Origin: an archaeon
GTDB taxonomy: Archaea; Nanobdellota; Nanobdellia; Woesearchaeales; GW2011-AR9
DNA: 46,773 nt
Reading direction: 5' to 3'
Assembly (NCBI GenBank): GCA_002686315.1
Contig: NZBO01000003.1
Location: 1-46,773, forward strand
Positions 24,553-33,913 of the stretch are shown in pieces; positions within the stretch are counted from its first letter, which is position 1; each line of letters starts with the position of its first letter. The position numbers and the translations under genes were made by a program. The notes beneath the pieces were generated by a model that saw only the letters and a list, made by a program, of their open reading frames with translations, did no database searches and was not told the origin of the DNA.

Positions 24553-25611
24553 ATGTTTGGTCTTTCTGACGATATCACCAAAAAGGTAGAAAAGAACACT
24601 TCCAAATTCGCGAAAGTACTGAAAGGTGCATTAAAATTAAAAAATGAAGAAGTGTTAATCATTTCTGATTATGGGGAAGAAGGGCGAAACGTTGCAAGTA
24701 TGCTTGCATACGGCTACTACATGGCTGCTAAGAAAAAGAAATTGCACGTCACACTTTTGTTCCAGGAAGTGAAGAAGGGATTCATGTTTGCGGATGATCA
24801 TGTTGTGCAGGCAATTGAGAAATTACATAAAGGTAGTATTGTCATTTTGTGTGTCTCCAATAAACTGGGTAGATTTAGTAAAGATGATGAAGTCAAAAAG
24901 AGTTTTCGAACATTTTGTCGAGAACAGCAACATCGTTTTCTTTCTGCTACTGGTCTGGGAGATGTGAAAGAAGGCCATTTCGATCTCTTTGTGGAAGCAA
25001 TGAACGTGAATTATAAACGGATGAAAAAGAAAGGATTGATGATTAAAAAAGCATGGGATAAAGCAAAAACGATACGTGTTACAGCAGAGGGAGGAACGGA
25101 CGTCACATTTGATGTGGAAGGGATGACATCTATCACTAACATTGGCGAGTATCATGAACCTGGTTCAGGAGGAAACATGCCTGCGGGTGAAGTCTACATC
25201 CCCCCAAAAGGATATCATGGTGTTTCCGGAAAAATTGTCATTGATGGCAGTATGAAAACGGATTCAGGTGCAGTCTTAGTTGATTCTCCCGTGACGGTTC
25301 TTGTTGAGAAAGGAAGAGTAACATCATTAGAAGGAGCGCAAGCGAATTTACTTGAATCAACATTCCAAAAATTTGAAGATCGTGCCAAATATCCTCATCG
25401 AGTAAGGCATGTCTGTGAACTTGGATTTGGCATCAATCCGGGTGCCGTCCTAATTGGAAGTATGATCATGGATGAGAAAGTGCAAGGAACAGCCCACATA
25501 GCCTTTGGGAGTAATTATTGGTTTGGTGGTGAGATAAAAACGATCTTCCATGGCGATCAAGTGTTCAAAAATCCAACAGTCTATGTTGATGGGAAGAAGA
25601 TGGAGTGGTAA
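24553..25611 (+). CDS. M29-family (AmpS/aminopeptidase T-like) aminopeptidase
   Basis: GGNMPAGEVYIPP, GTAHIAFGSNY and an overall length of about 350 aa. Read by eye and not verified by search. Confidence 0.6.
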   Translation: MFGLSDDITKKVEKNTSKFAKVLKGALKLKNEEVLIISDYGEEGRNVASMLAYGYYMAAKKKKLHVTLLFQEVKKGFMFADDHVVQAIEKLHKGSIVILCVSNKLGRFSKDDEVKKSFRTFCREQQHRFLSATGLGDVKEGHFDLFVEAMNVNYKRMKKKGLMIKKAWDKAKTIRVTAEGGTDVTFDVEGMTSITNIGEYHEPGSGGNMPAGEVYIPPKGYHGVSGKIVIDGSMKTDSGAVLVDSPVTVLVEKGRVTSLEGAQANLLESTFQKFEDRAKYPHRVRHVCELGFGINPGAVLIGSMIMDEKVQGTAHIAFGSNYWFGGEIKTIFHGDQVFKNPTVYVDGKKMEW

Positions 25612-25664
25612 CCTTTATATTCTTCTTTTGTCTTACATACTAAAATTATCGAGGTATACTAAAA

Positions 25665-26051
25665 ATGGTTAATTATGGAGCAGTATTGGTCGCAGCCGTT
25701 GCCTACTTCATTCTAGGATGGGTATGGTACGGGCCGTTATTTGGAAAACAATGGATGAAATTGCAAGGAATGGATCCTAAGAAAGTTGATAAATCTGGTA
25801 TGGGTGGCAAATTAGCAGCAGCATTCGTTGCAAATCTCGTGTTGGCGTACGTGTTAGCGCAATATGTTCTTGTAGGTAACATAGGAAATGGGTTAATAAC
25901 CGGGTTCTGGTTATGGCTTGGATTCGTGGCAACGTTTAGTTTAAGTAGTGTATTATGGGAGAAGAAACCGTTCACACTCTACTTGTTAAACAATGCACAT
26001 AACTTGCTTGGCATTTTGATAATGGCAGCTATCTTGGTCAGTTGGCCATAA
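25665..26051 (+). CDS. DUF1761-like small membrane protein
   Basis: AVAYFILGWVWYGPLFGKQWMKL N-terminal pattern and four hydrophobic segments. Confidence 0.6.
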   Translation: MVNYGAVLVAAVAYFILGWVWYGPLFGKQWMKLQGMDPKKVDKSGMGGKLAAAFVANLVLAYVLAQYVLVGNIGNGLITGFWLWLGFVATFSLSSVLWEKKPFTLYLLNNAHNLLGILIMAAILVSWP

Positions 26052-26067
26052 TTTTTTCTTTTTTCTT

Positions 26068-26310
26068 ATGTTAGAAGAATTTGTTGGTGGGGCTGTATCT
26101 GTTGAGTATGTCGCACGTAGACCATCGCGAAAACATTGTTCAGGTACACTTCTTTTTTCATACGATGGTGATTTTTCTCGTATTGCCGTTCGTGCAGTAG
26201 ATAATGGTATTTACATCATACCATATAATTCAATATTGAAAATGATGCTTAACGCTCCAACACTTCTTCCCGATCAACATGCACAATCTTTGACGGACGT
26301 GCTTCCTTAG
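26068..26310 (+). CDS. Possible small protein (80 aa), weakly supported
   Basis: It fills an otherwise unexplained 197-nt gap between convergent stops in a genome where such genes usually abut. There is no properly spaced TATA box or SD, and its last 62 nt run antisense to the YrdC gene. Confidence 0.25.
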   Translation: MLEEFVGGAVSVEYVARRPSRKHCSGTLLFSYDGDFSRIAVRAVDNGIYIIPYNSILKMMLNAPTLLPDQHAQSLTDVLP

Positions 26311-26812
26311 GACCTTCATAAATCATCAATTCAACGTGTTTCTCAACATCTGAGTCAAGGTTTTCAAGAGATGTCATAAATTGGTGACCTGTGATGTTTG
26401 CAGATGTAGTAATAAGTGGGATGCCAAGTTCTTGCACAAATTCATGGAACCAGTGTGCTGGTAGCCGTATACCAATTGAGTTTTTATTGGTAACATTTGG
26501 TGCAAGTGCATTTTCTGTGTCTAATGGAAGAATCAACGTATATGGTCCAGGTAATTTACCAAGCCATTCAGCCGCGCTAGGTGTGATGACACAATTTGTT
26601 GAGATCCATTTCATGTTTGGTACCCAGATAGATAATGGGGAAGAAGGACGCTGTTTAATGTCACGTACTTTTTTCACTGCCTCTTCATTCGTTGCGACAC
26701 ATCCAATACCATAGATGGTATCTGTCGGATAGATGAATATTGTACCCTGTCTCATCTTCGTGAGAATTTCTTCTTTCCGCATTTCTAATTCTGCTCGTGT
26801 TAATACTTCCAT
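26249..26812 (-). CDS. L-threonylcarbamoyladenylate synthase, YrdC/Sua5 family (YrdC domain only)
   Basis: IFIYPTDTIYGIGCVATNEEAVKKVRDIKQRPSSPLSI and LITTSANITG. The start moves from 26944 to ATG 26812, 24 nt after TTATTTAAA (26837-26845). Confidence 0.85.
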   Translation of the reverse strand: MEVLTRAELEMRKEEILTKMRQGTIFIYPTDTIYGIGCVATNEEAVKKVRDIKQRPSSPLSIWVPNMKWISTNCVITPSAAEWLGKLPGPYTLILPLDTENALAPNVTNKNSIGIRLPAHWFHEFVQELGIPLITTSANITGHQFMTSLENLDSDVEKHVELMIYEGPKEARPSKIVHVDREEVLER

Positions 26813-26918
26813 AGAAAGAGAGGAGTTCGGGGCGGGTTTAAATAAGTTATGTAGGTAGATGGCAAAGAAATCGTTGCCGCCCCGATCCTCCAGAGGTGTG
26901 GTGTAAGAACGTGAGTTC

Positions 26919-27026
26919 TCACGCAAACGCGGGATGGTGATCATCCAAAAACGTTTGTCGTTCTGTATACTGGGAATACCCTTGGTATTTGCTAAGTAAA
27001 TTTGTTATATGTTGTTTCATATTCAT
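26919..27026 (-). CDS. Micro-ORF 2 (35 aa: MNMKQHITNLLSKYQGYSQYTERQTFLDDHHPAFA)
   Basis: Its ATG overlaps the TGA of micro-ORF 1 (ATGA). GGAGGA lies about 9 nt upstream. It is below the ORF-track size cutoff. Confidence 0.3.
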   Translation of the reverse strand: MNMKQHITNLLSKYQGYSQYTERQTFLDDHHPAFA

Positions 27027-27151
27027 CGTATCCATCCTCCACTAAATTGGTAATCAAAGGAATCTTCTCTCCTCATTAATGTTCGTTGGGTAAGCTCTCT
27101 GACTTGTTTCTCAAACAATTTCCGAATGGTTTTGGTTGTTAAATCAATCAT
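27023..27151 (-). CDS. Micro-ORF 1 (42 aa: MIDLTTKTIRKLFEKQVRELTQRTLMRREDSFDYQFSGGWIR)
   Basis: Strong SD GAGGTGAT (27156-27163 on the - strand) lies 4 nt upstream of the ATG, and TATATATA (27194-27201) lies 42 nt upstream. It sits in the longest non-annotated stretch of the window. Confidence 0.4.
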   Translation of the reverse strand: MIDLTTKTIRKLFEKQVRELTQRTLMRREDSFDYQFSGGWIR

Positions 27152-27193
27152 GGATATCACCTCTTTTTTGTATATTGTATCTGTGGCTGGAGG

Positions 27194-27294
27194 TATATAT
27201 AGCTTAGCCGAGGTTGACCAGTGTGACCAGTGGTATATAAATGGAGTTCTGAAACGTTAAAATTTATCACAGAGAAAGAGTGTAGCACTGGTCA
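27194..27294 (-). promoter_or_regulatory. Promoter/operator region: two TATA boxes and three copies of the 9-mer TGACCAGTG
   Basis: Perfect tandem copies at 27215-27223 and 27224-27232, and an inverted copy at 27286-27294. On the - strand, TTTATATA (27234-27241) lies between the inverted copy and the tandem pair. Confidence 0.4.
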
Positions 27295-27343
27295 GAATTA
27301 TTGTAGAAGTGTGTCTTGTGGTATTGGATAATAAAGAATTAAT

Positions 27344-27721
27344 TTATACTAACATAGCGTTCACGGATCCTTCTTGACCTGGTCGTGATGTTACTCGTGC
27401 TTTGCCTAACTTCGTTTCAATAATCGCGCCTTTTGTAAGAACATTACGTCGAACTAAGTTTGGATTTGCTGCATTTTCAAGAACATTCACAATTGCTGTT
27501 TTCGTTGTTTTACCCTTTTTATCCGTAACATTTGCACTATTCCCTTGTAATAGCGCTCGTTTACTATTCCCACCTAAGGTTCTGGTTGTTCGAACTCGTT
27601 TCTCATCTGCAACTTTCGTCATAGCAGGGAATCGTGATAATTCAGACTTACGTTTAGATCGTGATGCGTGGTATCGTCCACCGGACGCTTTTCGATTGGA
27701 TCTATCTTGTGATCGTGCCAT
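27344..27721 (-). CDS. rps8e: 30S ribosomal protein S8e
   Basis: MARSQDRSNRKASGGRYHASRSKRK... is a typical S8e N-terminus, and the protein is 125 aa. TTTATAAA (27745-27752) lies 23 nt upstream. Confidence 0.95.
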   Translation of the reverse strand: MARSQDRSNRKASGGRYHASRSKRKSELSRFPAMTKVADEKRVRTTRTLGGNSKRALLQGNSANVTDKKGKTTKTAIVNVLENAANPNLVRRNVLTKGAIIETKLGKARVTSRPGQEGSVNAMLV

Positions 27722-27760
27722 ATAATGGTTTGGGAGAAGGTTTGTTTATAAAGCTTACGG

Positions 27761-28444
27761 CTAGTTCGTTGAATATGAGGCTGGCTCAAATAAAGGTGAA
27801 CTTTCTACACGCTCAAGAAGTTCATCTGTTCTAGCGTGAATTTTTTCATTGGCACATCCCCGCCACACTTCACCAAAAATCTCATCCCCTTCTTGCCATG
27901 AAGTCCTAACATTAGCTCTACCTTTTATGCTATCAAGGCTCCAACTTCCTTCTGAAGTACCATTTCTTTGAAGTTTGTATTCAAGCCTAGCCCTTGGACC
28001 AGATGCGTCTTCCACACGAATTGCAGGCCAAGATCCTGTAAGAGCGTTCCCGTGTCCTCCTAAGAATTGACCACCAAAACAGGCATAACTTACACCCTCT
28101 GGTTCTTCTTTTTTAGCGCATTGAAATACGAGTCCGCGGTGATGATCAGCAACCACGGGGAATAAACGATATCCTGGAAGTCTCCCCAAAGTTTCAGCAA
28201 GAGGCCTATCTTCATAGAAGCCAAAAATGAATCTGGTGTCCGGATCAAGAATTTCATATCCTTCTTCTGACTCACTTGCAAGAACTTCTTCCATCTCTTC
28301 AATACGATCTCCAAAACGTGTCTCAAACTCAGCTACCGCTTGTGCTTGATTCATATCGTCACTCTTGCAAAGAGCTTTTTCATCAGGAGAACCACACGCA
28401 AATGTCACAGCCATCATTGCCGGGAGTAAAATTTTTTGGATCAT
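27761..28444 (-). CDS. Putative lipoprotein or secreted protein, unknown function
   Basis: Signal peptide with a lipobox-like MAVTFAC|G. TTTATAAA (28466-28473) lies 21 nt upstream. Confidence 0.55.
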   Translation of the reverse strand: MIQKILLPAMMAVTFACGSPDEKALCKSDDMNQAQAVAEFETRFGDRIEEMEEVLASESEEGYEILDPDTRFIFGFYEDRPLAETLGRLPGYRLFPVVADHHRGLVFQCAKKEEPEGVSYACFGGQFLGGHGNALTGSWPAIRVEDASGPRARLEYKLQRNGTSEGSWSLDSIKGRANVRTSWQEGDEIFGEVWRGCANEKIHARTDELLERVESSPLFEPASYSTN

Positions 28445-28512
28445 GCATTTATACGCATAACTCCATTTATAAATCTTTCTTTTTTGGTCACTCGAGAGGG
28501 ACGATTCCTCCT

Positions 28513-30405
28513 CTAACTCGCCCTTTTCTTTCCTTTACTGTTAAATATCTTCTCTTTTAACTTCTTCTTCCCGTTCCAATCTAATGCAACTTCAAGAACT
28601 TCTTCAATCGACGTGACAGGAACAATCTCTACTTTTGCCAACTTCGCTCGCTCCACCACGATATCTTGCATGTTTGATTTGGGCACAATGATTGTCTTGA
28701 TACCAGTATCGATTGCCGCTTCCACTTTCGAGGACACACCACCAACAGGAAGCACTTCCCCACGTACCGATAACGAACCTGTCATTGCCACTTCTTGCTT
28801 GATAGGGATATGCTTTAATGCAGAAATGATTGCGGTTGCAACAGCGATACTAGCACTATCTCCTTCAACACCTTCATACGTCTGTAAGAACTGAACATAA
28901 ATATCTCGCGTTTCCTTGATATCTTCGCCGAAATAATGCATGATGATTGCCGACACATTTTTCACCGCTTCCTTTGCAATCTCCCCTAACTTTCCTGTTG
29001 CCACGATATCAGCTGTCTTCCCTCCAGGGACAACTTCCGCTTCGATGGGTAAGAGAATGCCAGAATGTGCACTACCACCACCAATAACCGCTAACCCATT
29101 CACTCGTCCAATTCGTTTCCCTTCCGTCAAAATAACTTCATACTCTTTTTTTCGATCGATATATTTGTCGGCAATTTGTTGTTCTAATGGCCGTGCCAAT
29201 TTCTTTGCATCTTTCACATGTTTTTTACTAACGTACTCAGCACCTTCTTCTTTTGCTAAATCGCCAGCAGCGCGAACAAGTCCACCTAATCCACGCAGAT
29301 GTAACGTTAAACTGCCTTTCCTGTTTGCTCTCCGTCGTGCTTCTTCAATGATTGCGTTGATTGCTGTTAAATCGAAATGAGGTATTTTTCCTTTCTCTTT
29401 CTTCACTTCCTGTGCAACGAACCGTGCAAGTTTCATTCTATTTGCCTTTGTATCTTCCATGGTTTCGTTCATGTACACTTCATATCCATACCCTCTAATA
29501 CGGGAACGTAATGCAGGATGCATGTTTTTGATCGTTTCCAAATTCCCTGCTGCCACCATGACAAAATCACAGGGGCACGCTTCCGTTCGTACCATCGCGC
29601 CTGCGCTACGTTCTGACTGCCCGGTAATTGGAAACTTTTTCTCCTGTAATGCGGAAAGTAATTCTTGCTGTGTTCGTGGATGGAGTGTTGCAATTTCATC
29701 TATAAACAACACGCCTAGATGCGCTTTATGCATCATCCCTGCCACAACTCGCTGATTTGGAGGTGTGCCTAGTCCGCCGGATTGAAACGGATCGTGAAGT
29801 ACATCGCCAAGCAAGGCACCAGCATGTGCACCTGTCGCGTCAAAGAACGGTGCCTGCTTTTTCTCAAAATTATCAACAATTACTTTTGGTGTGACTATCT
29901 TATTTCCTCGCATTAATCGTGGTCCCATACTCATCGCCATTGTAAATCCCACTAAAATAAGCATCCCAACGATTAAACTGGCTGCCGTCATAATTGCGGC
30001 TTCCACGGTCCCAAACTGGCTGTAATACTTCCATGTCCACCACGAACCGCCAACCATTAACACGATAATAATGAAAAATAGAAAATTGTTGTTTCTCAGC
30101 ACCTCTTTCCCATCTCCTTGGGTACGTTTTGCTTCCTCTCTCCCTTTCCCTGCGGGAAGCTCTTTGATTAGTGGATTATTTTCATCATTCACGTTAGGAA
30201 GTGCGACAATATCTTTCAATTCTGATTTAGGAAGAAGTTCCGCTAAGCCTACCCCTAAAAGTGATTTCCCGGTTCCTGGTTCGCCAATAAGGAGGACATG
30301 CCGCCGCTGCTGCGCCGCTTTTTTGATAATGGTAACTGCTTCGTCTTGACCTATAATCTGGTCGACAATGGTCTCTGGTACACGAATATTTTTGGTAGAT
30401 TTCAT
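28513..30405 (-). CDS. lonB: Archaeal membrane-bound ATP-dependent Lon protease (LonB)
   Basis: Walker A GEPGTGKS, two TM helices inserted in the AAA+ module ([16 protein letters not shown]..., [13 protein letters not shown]), Walker B LFIDE, and a protease domain with [12 protein letters not shown] and [11 protein letters not shown]. Confidence 0.9.
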   Translation of the reverse strand: MKSTKNIRVPETIVDQIIGQDEAVTIIKKAAQQRRHVLLIGEPGTGKSLLGVGLAELLPKSELKDIVALPNVNDENNPLIKELPAGKGREEAKRTQGDGKEVLRNNNFLFFIIIVLMVGGSWWTWKYYSQFGTVEAAIMTAASLIVGMLILVGFTMAMSMGPRLMRGNKIVTPKVIVDNFEKKQAPFFDATGAHAGALLGDVLHDPFQSGGLGTPPNQRVVAGMMHKAHLGVLFIDEIATLHPRTQQELLSALQEKKFPITGQSERSAGAMVRTEACPCDFVMVAAGNLETIKNMHPALRSRIRGYGYEVYMNETMEDTKANRMKLARFVAQEVKKEKGKIPHFDLTAINAIIEEARRRANRKGSLTLHLRGLGGLVRAAGDLAKEEGAEYVSKKHVKDAKKLARPLEQQIADKYIDRKKEYEVILTEGKRIGRVNGLAVIGGGSAHSGILLPIEAEVVPGGKTADIVATGKLGEIAKEAVKNVSAIIMHYFGEDIKETRDIYVQFLQTYEGVEGDSASIAVATAIISALKHIPIKQEVAMTGSLSVRGEVLPVGGVSSKVEAAIDTGIKTIIVPKSNMQDIVVERAKLAKVEIVPVTSIEEVLEVALDWNGKKKLKEKIFNSKGKKRAS

Positions 30406-30473
30406 TTGGTGAATTATAGAGTAATTTTACCTAGGCGTATTTAAAAAGGTTATGGATGAAATGAAGAGAAGTG

Positions 30474-31205
30474 TTATTTGGCCAATTTCCACAAGATTTC
30501 AAATATTCTTCGTTTATCTTCTGCTAAGGTTCTATCCTTAATCACTACCCCTATTAGTTCGTTCTTTCGCAATTTAATTATTGCCACTTTATCTCCATAA
30601 ATGAAGGTTACAGAATTCACATCAAAGTTTGTAAGTCCTCTTGTTTCTCTATTTTCAAACTTATCTCTTTTTTTCAATTCAGTTGTTTCCTTGCATGTCT
30701 CTTGGATAACGCGTGAATGAACACCAGACGGCTTTTTCCGTACTATATAATGGGGGAAATAGTATCCAAATATTTTAAAAATCTTGGATGTTGAGATGAT
30801 ATCATTTCGTCCAGAATTGGCGAGTGTATCTTCTAATATTGTTTTAATACCAGCGTGACCTTCAAACACCTGTACAGTTGGTTTTTCTACCGTTTTTTCT
30901 TTAATTAATTCGAGTTGATTCATCACGGCACGTAATTTGACTTTTTTGTCGTCCAATATTGCAATTAATTTATGTGGTCCAACTACTTCAAAATGTGCTG
31001 TTCCATCCTTCACTACTTTAGAACCTATTCCTTTTTCTAAGAATAATTTGAGAATATCATACGTCGTTGAACGGTTAATATCTGCCTTATTGGCAATATC
31101 ATTGGCTGTTGTCGTGCCAAGTTCGAGAGAAGCAAGATAAATTCTACTCTCTTTTGATGATAATCCAAAAGAGTGGAGTGCTTCTTCTACAGTGATTTTG
31201 ACCAT
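30474..31205 (-). CDS. TrmB-family transcriptional regulator
   Basis: N-terminal wHTH LHSFGLSSKESRIYLASLELGTTTANDIANKADINRSTTYDILKLFLEKG plus a C-terminal effector-type domain. Confidence 0.8.
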   Translation of the reverse strand: MVKITVEEALHSFGLSSKESRIYLASLELGTTTANDIANKADINRSTTYDILKLFLEKGIGSKVVKDGTAHFEVVGPHKLIAILDDKKVKLRAVMNQLELIKEKTVEKPTVQVFEGHAGIKTILEDTLANSGRNDIISTSKIFKIFGYYFPHYIVRKKPSGVHSRVIQETCKETTELKKRDKFENRETRGLTNFDVNSVTFIYGDKVAIIKLRKNELIGVVIKDRTLAEDKRRIFEILWKLAK

Positions 31206-31292
31206 GATTCTGTTACTCGTTTACTCTTATTTAAGTCTGTCGGTTATTTTAACCAACAAGGTTTTAAGAAGTCTTTTTTCGCTTAGTTTACT

Positions 31293-31892
31293 ATGAAAAT
31301 ACCTGATAAAGTAAAAGAAAGCGAATTGTACAAACTACTCACCTATGACATCACAATGCAAGATCGTGTTAGTCCTGCACGGTATGCAAGAATGCAAACA
31401 CAAAGGGCATACAAATTTGTGAGTGATTGGGCAGGACTCGCATCAAATAAGATTATTTTTGGGATGTATATGGATTCCCAAGTTGGCATGCTTCCAGGAA
31501 CATCATTATTAGCTCGAGGGTTTAGTCTTGGAGCACATACTGCAACCTCCCCTCTCTACACATGGGCTCGTGAATTTATTTACAAAAAAGGTAACATAAC
31601 ACCAGATAGAAATATCGTGATGCGTCAAGGAGCAGAATTACTTGCATTTAATGCTGTGCAAACACCACTGTATGTTGCACAAATTTCGGCCGCAATGGCA
31701 ATTAGAGCGTATCTGGACCCTGCCGTTGAGTTTGAACCAATGAAAGTTGCGACAGGTGCATTCAAATTCTTTCAAAACAGTTGGTGGCTTGCACCCGCTG
31801 GAAAATATTCCATGGATATATTTCGGCGTTTTTTTGGTGCGAAAACACCTGAAGAGTTAGCGCAAGATTTAGAAACAATTGTTGATGAGTAA
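31293..31892 (+). CDS. Hypothetical protein, possibly AlaE-like (L-alanine exporter family)
   Basis: Weak by-eye resemblance to AlaE (LLAFNAVQTPLYVAQI, YSMDIFRRFFGAK). Needs an HMM check. Confidence 0.4.
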   Translation: MKIPDKVKESELYKLLTYDITMQDRVSPARYARMQTQRAYKFVSDWAGLASNKIIFGMYMDSQVGMLPGTSLLARGFSLGAHTATSPLYTWAREFIYKKGNITPDRNIVMRQGAELLAFNAVQTPLYVAQISAAMAIRAYLDPAVEFEPMKVATGAFKFFQNSWWLAPAGKYSMDIFRRFFGAKTPEELAQDLETIVDE

Positions 31893-32621
31893 CTACTTCG
31901 CCTTGGCCTTCACTAACTTCACATTAATCTCAGAAAACGCTTCCTCTTGATCCATACATACTTTCTCCTGATTCTCAAGATGTAAAAGAGGTAAGAATGT
32001 GTACACTTTCGTTTCTCTATTCGCTTTTGGCGGTAGTAATCGTGAGAATGTGACGTCATCAGTGTTATCCTTCTCGCTATAATACTGAATTTTGTGATAC
32101 ACATCTTTGATAACTTCCATGATATCTATCTTACGAGATGGCATGTTAAATTTGGTTGGCCGAATTTTATCAAGAACTCTCTTTTTACTTGCCATCGCAC
32201 GTTGTAATGCATTCACTAAATCTTGGACGGATACTTTCCTGTTTCGCGGTTGCGGATTTCGTGGGATTAAGGTATACTGTTCCTTCACACGTGTTTGTCC
32301 TTCAATTTGTTCGAACAACTCATCTTCTAGATCTTCCAATGTTTCTTCAGAATTCATCATGGCATCTAATCTGCCAACATCTTTATCAAGTAAATGAGAA
32401 CATTTGATTTTAAGCAAAATCGCTGCGGCCAGAATTATTTTTCCAGACACTTTCAAGTCGTGTTCTTGCATCTCCTTGACAACGGTGATATATTTTTTGG
32501 TCAGTAAACTTACATTGACATCCCACGGATCCATCTGTTCCGTCTTGATAAGATCTTCAATGATCGTCTTCCAACTAATTTCTTCCTGATTAAGGAGTAA
32601 GTCGAATATTTGCTGCTGCAT
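31893..32621 (-). CDS. scpA: Segregation and condensation protein A (kleisin ScpA)
   Basis: The N-terminal WKTIIEDLIKTEQMDPWDVNVSLLTKKYITVVKEMQEHDLKVSGKIILAAAILLKIK pattern is typical of ScpA. Confidence 0.85.
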   Translation of the reverse strand: MQQQIFDLLLNQEEISWKTIIEDLIKTEQMDPWDVNVSLLTKKYITVVKEMQEHDLKVSGKIILAAAILLKIKCSHLLDKDVGRLDAMMNSEETLEDLEDELFEQIEGQTRVKEQYTLIPRNPQPRNRKVSVQDLVNALQRAMASKKRVLDKIRPTKFNMPSRKIDIMEVIKDVYHKIQYYSEKDNTDDVTFSRLLPPKANRETKVYTFLPLLHLENQEKVCMDQEEAFSEINVKLVKAKAK

Positions 32622-32721
32622 GAACTTAAGAAAGTGTTTTTATTTTTAAAGGATGTGGTTTTTCCATCTTTAGCTACTTTCAAAGAGTAAATTTATAAAC
32701 CGAGCTAGCTTTTTGTGTCGT

Positions 32722-33660
32722 ATGGGAAGACATCTTAGAAATCTGGGACTTGTTGCGGCACTTTTATCACCAATAGCAGTCGCTCCAAATGATTCGCAAG
32801 CACAAGAAATGTGTGTTACTTCTGAATCTCCTTTAGTTTGTTCAACAGAATTAGAACAAAAATTATATGAAAAAACAAGAGAAGAATTGAGAAAAACAGA
32901 TATGGTTGATGGACTTTGGAGAAATATAACTAATTTTCAAGGAAGTTATGATACTCTTGTCTTTATGAAGAAAGATGAAGGTGAATTAACAATTAGATAT
33001 TGGGTAGAAAGAGATTTTAAGGATAAGGTTGATGAAGAAGTTGTTGATTTTGTGACATATCATTTTCAAAAAAGTTTTGAGATTCTAGGAGAATCAATGG
33101 TCATTAATTTTGATGCGATAGATATTGTTATCAACCCAAAAGGAAGGCATACTATATCGTCAAATGCAAGTGAATCAAATCTCGTTAAGATATCTTATAA
33201 CAGATGGCGAAAATTAAGTCTGCAACGATATTTGGTTGATACAATCCATCCTGTATTAAGTTCATCACATGAACTTGCTCACATTGAAAAAAATATCCAT
33301 ATAGAAGGATATAGGAATAAAGATAAGGCGAGAAATAAAGAATTTAGGGAAGTTATTGCTGTTATGGCTGAAGCTCAAACTATACGAAATGCTCTTGGGA
33401 GAAAAGCGTTTGGATTTTATTTACATAGATCAATTGATAACAGTCTGTACAGACAAATAGGTGTTCATATTTTTAATGATGTAAAGAGAACTTACGGGAC
33501 GGATACCGCTCGTGTTTTGATTGAGGATTTAACAAAAAATTTAGTCAATAATGAAAATGATTTTGATGCTATTTTAGACCGAAACGGAGTGAGAGAAGGC
33601 TACAGTGGTTATATTGAGAGTTTGAATACATTTATTGGAAAAAGACGGAAGTGTGGGTAA
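32722..33660 (+). CDS. Secreted protein with an HExxH zinc-metalloprotease motif
   Basis: Signal peptide (LGLVAALLSPIAVAP) and HELAH encoded at 33268-33282. ATG 32722 lies 22 nt after TTTATAAA (32692-32699); the ORF track uses TTG 32713. Confidence 0.5.
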   Translation: MGRHLRNLGLVAALLSPIAVAPNDSQAQEMCVTSESPLVCSTELEQKLYEKTREELRKTDMVDGLWRNITNFQGSYDTLVFMKKDEGELTIRYWVERDFKDKVDEEVVDFVTYHFQKSFEILGESMVINFDAIDIVINPKGRHTISSNASESNLVKISYNRWRKLSLQRYLVDTIHPVLSSSHELAHIEKNIHIEGYRNKDKARNKEFREVIAVMAEAQTIRNALGRKAFGFYLHRSIDNSLYRQIGVHIFNDVKRTYGTDTARVLIEDLTKNLVNNENDFDAILDRNGVREGYSGYIESLNTFIGKRRKCG

Positions 33661-33719
33661 TTCTTTTTTAGAAATTTCAAAAGGTATGGTTCTCAGAATA
33701 ATGAGTGGGCCCAGCCGGA

Positions 33720-33737
33720 CTTTCGCTTGATTAAAGT
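33720..33737 (-). other. tRNA-Val intron 2 (18 nt, T-loop position 59/60)
   Basis: ACTTTAATCAAGCGAAAG. T54-G57 (TTCG) pairs with intron CGAA. Bulges AG|A and AG|U. Inner helix CUU/AAG. The mature T-loop is TTCGAGT. Confidence 0.8.
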
Positions 33738-33759
33738 CTCGAACCGGCGATCAATGCCT

Positions 33760-33776
33760 CACTTATCCTTACGGAA
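33760..33776 (-). other. tRNA-Val intron 1 (17 nt, canonical position 37/38)
   Basis: TTCCGTAAGGATAAGTG. Central helix C32-A35 pairs with intron TAAG. Bulges CA|U and UG|A. Inner 3-bp helix capped by GUAA. Confidence 0.85.
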
Positions 33777-33913
33777 TGTAAGGGCACTGTCATAGCCACT
33801 AGACCATGGGCCCACATGAACCTGTTTCTGAAGGTTATTTATTAAGGTTTTGGTGGTACGTTCCTTTTTTTAAGTCACAACGTTTTTAAATCAATTTTAT
33901 CTTCTTTGATGAG

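Larger units (their letters stand above)
33706..33813 (-). tRNA. tRNA-Val (anticodon UAC) with two BHB introns; 108-nt precursor, 73-nt mature, no encoded CCA
   Basis: Acceptor GGGCCCA/TGGGCCC plus discriminator A. D arm GTCT-AGTGGCTA-TGAC. Anticodon stem GTGCC/GGCAT with loop CTTACA(A). T stem GCCGG/CCGGC. TATA TTAATAAATAA (33835-33845) lies 21 nt upstream of G1. Confidence 0.9.

Noticed and set aside
26052-26248. C/D-box sRNA or other ncRNA in the gap between DUF1761 and the YrdC gene
   Set aside because: One AUGAUGC-like box is present, but there is no CUGA D box at the appropriate distance and no terminal stem. I left it as a weakly supported 80-aa ORF instead.
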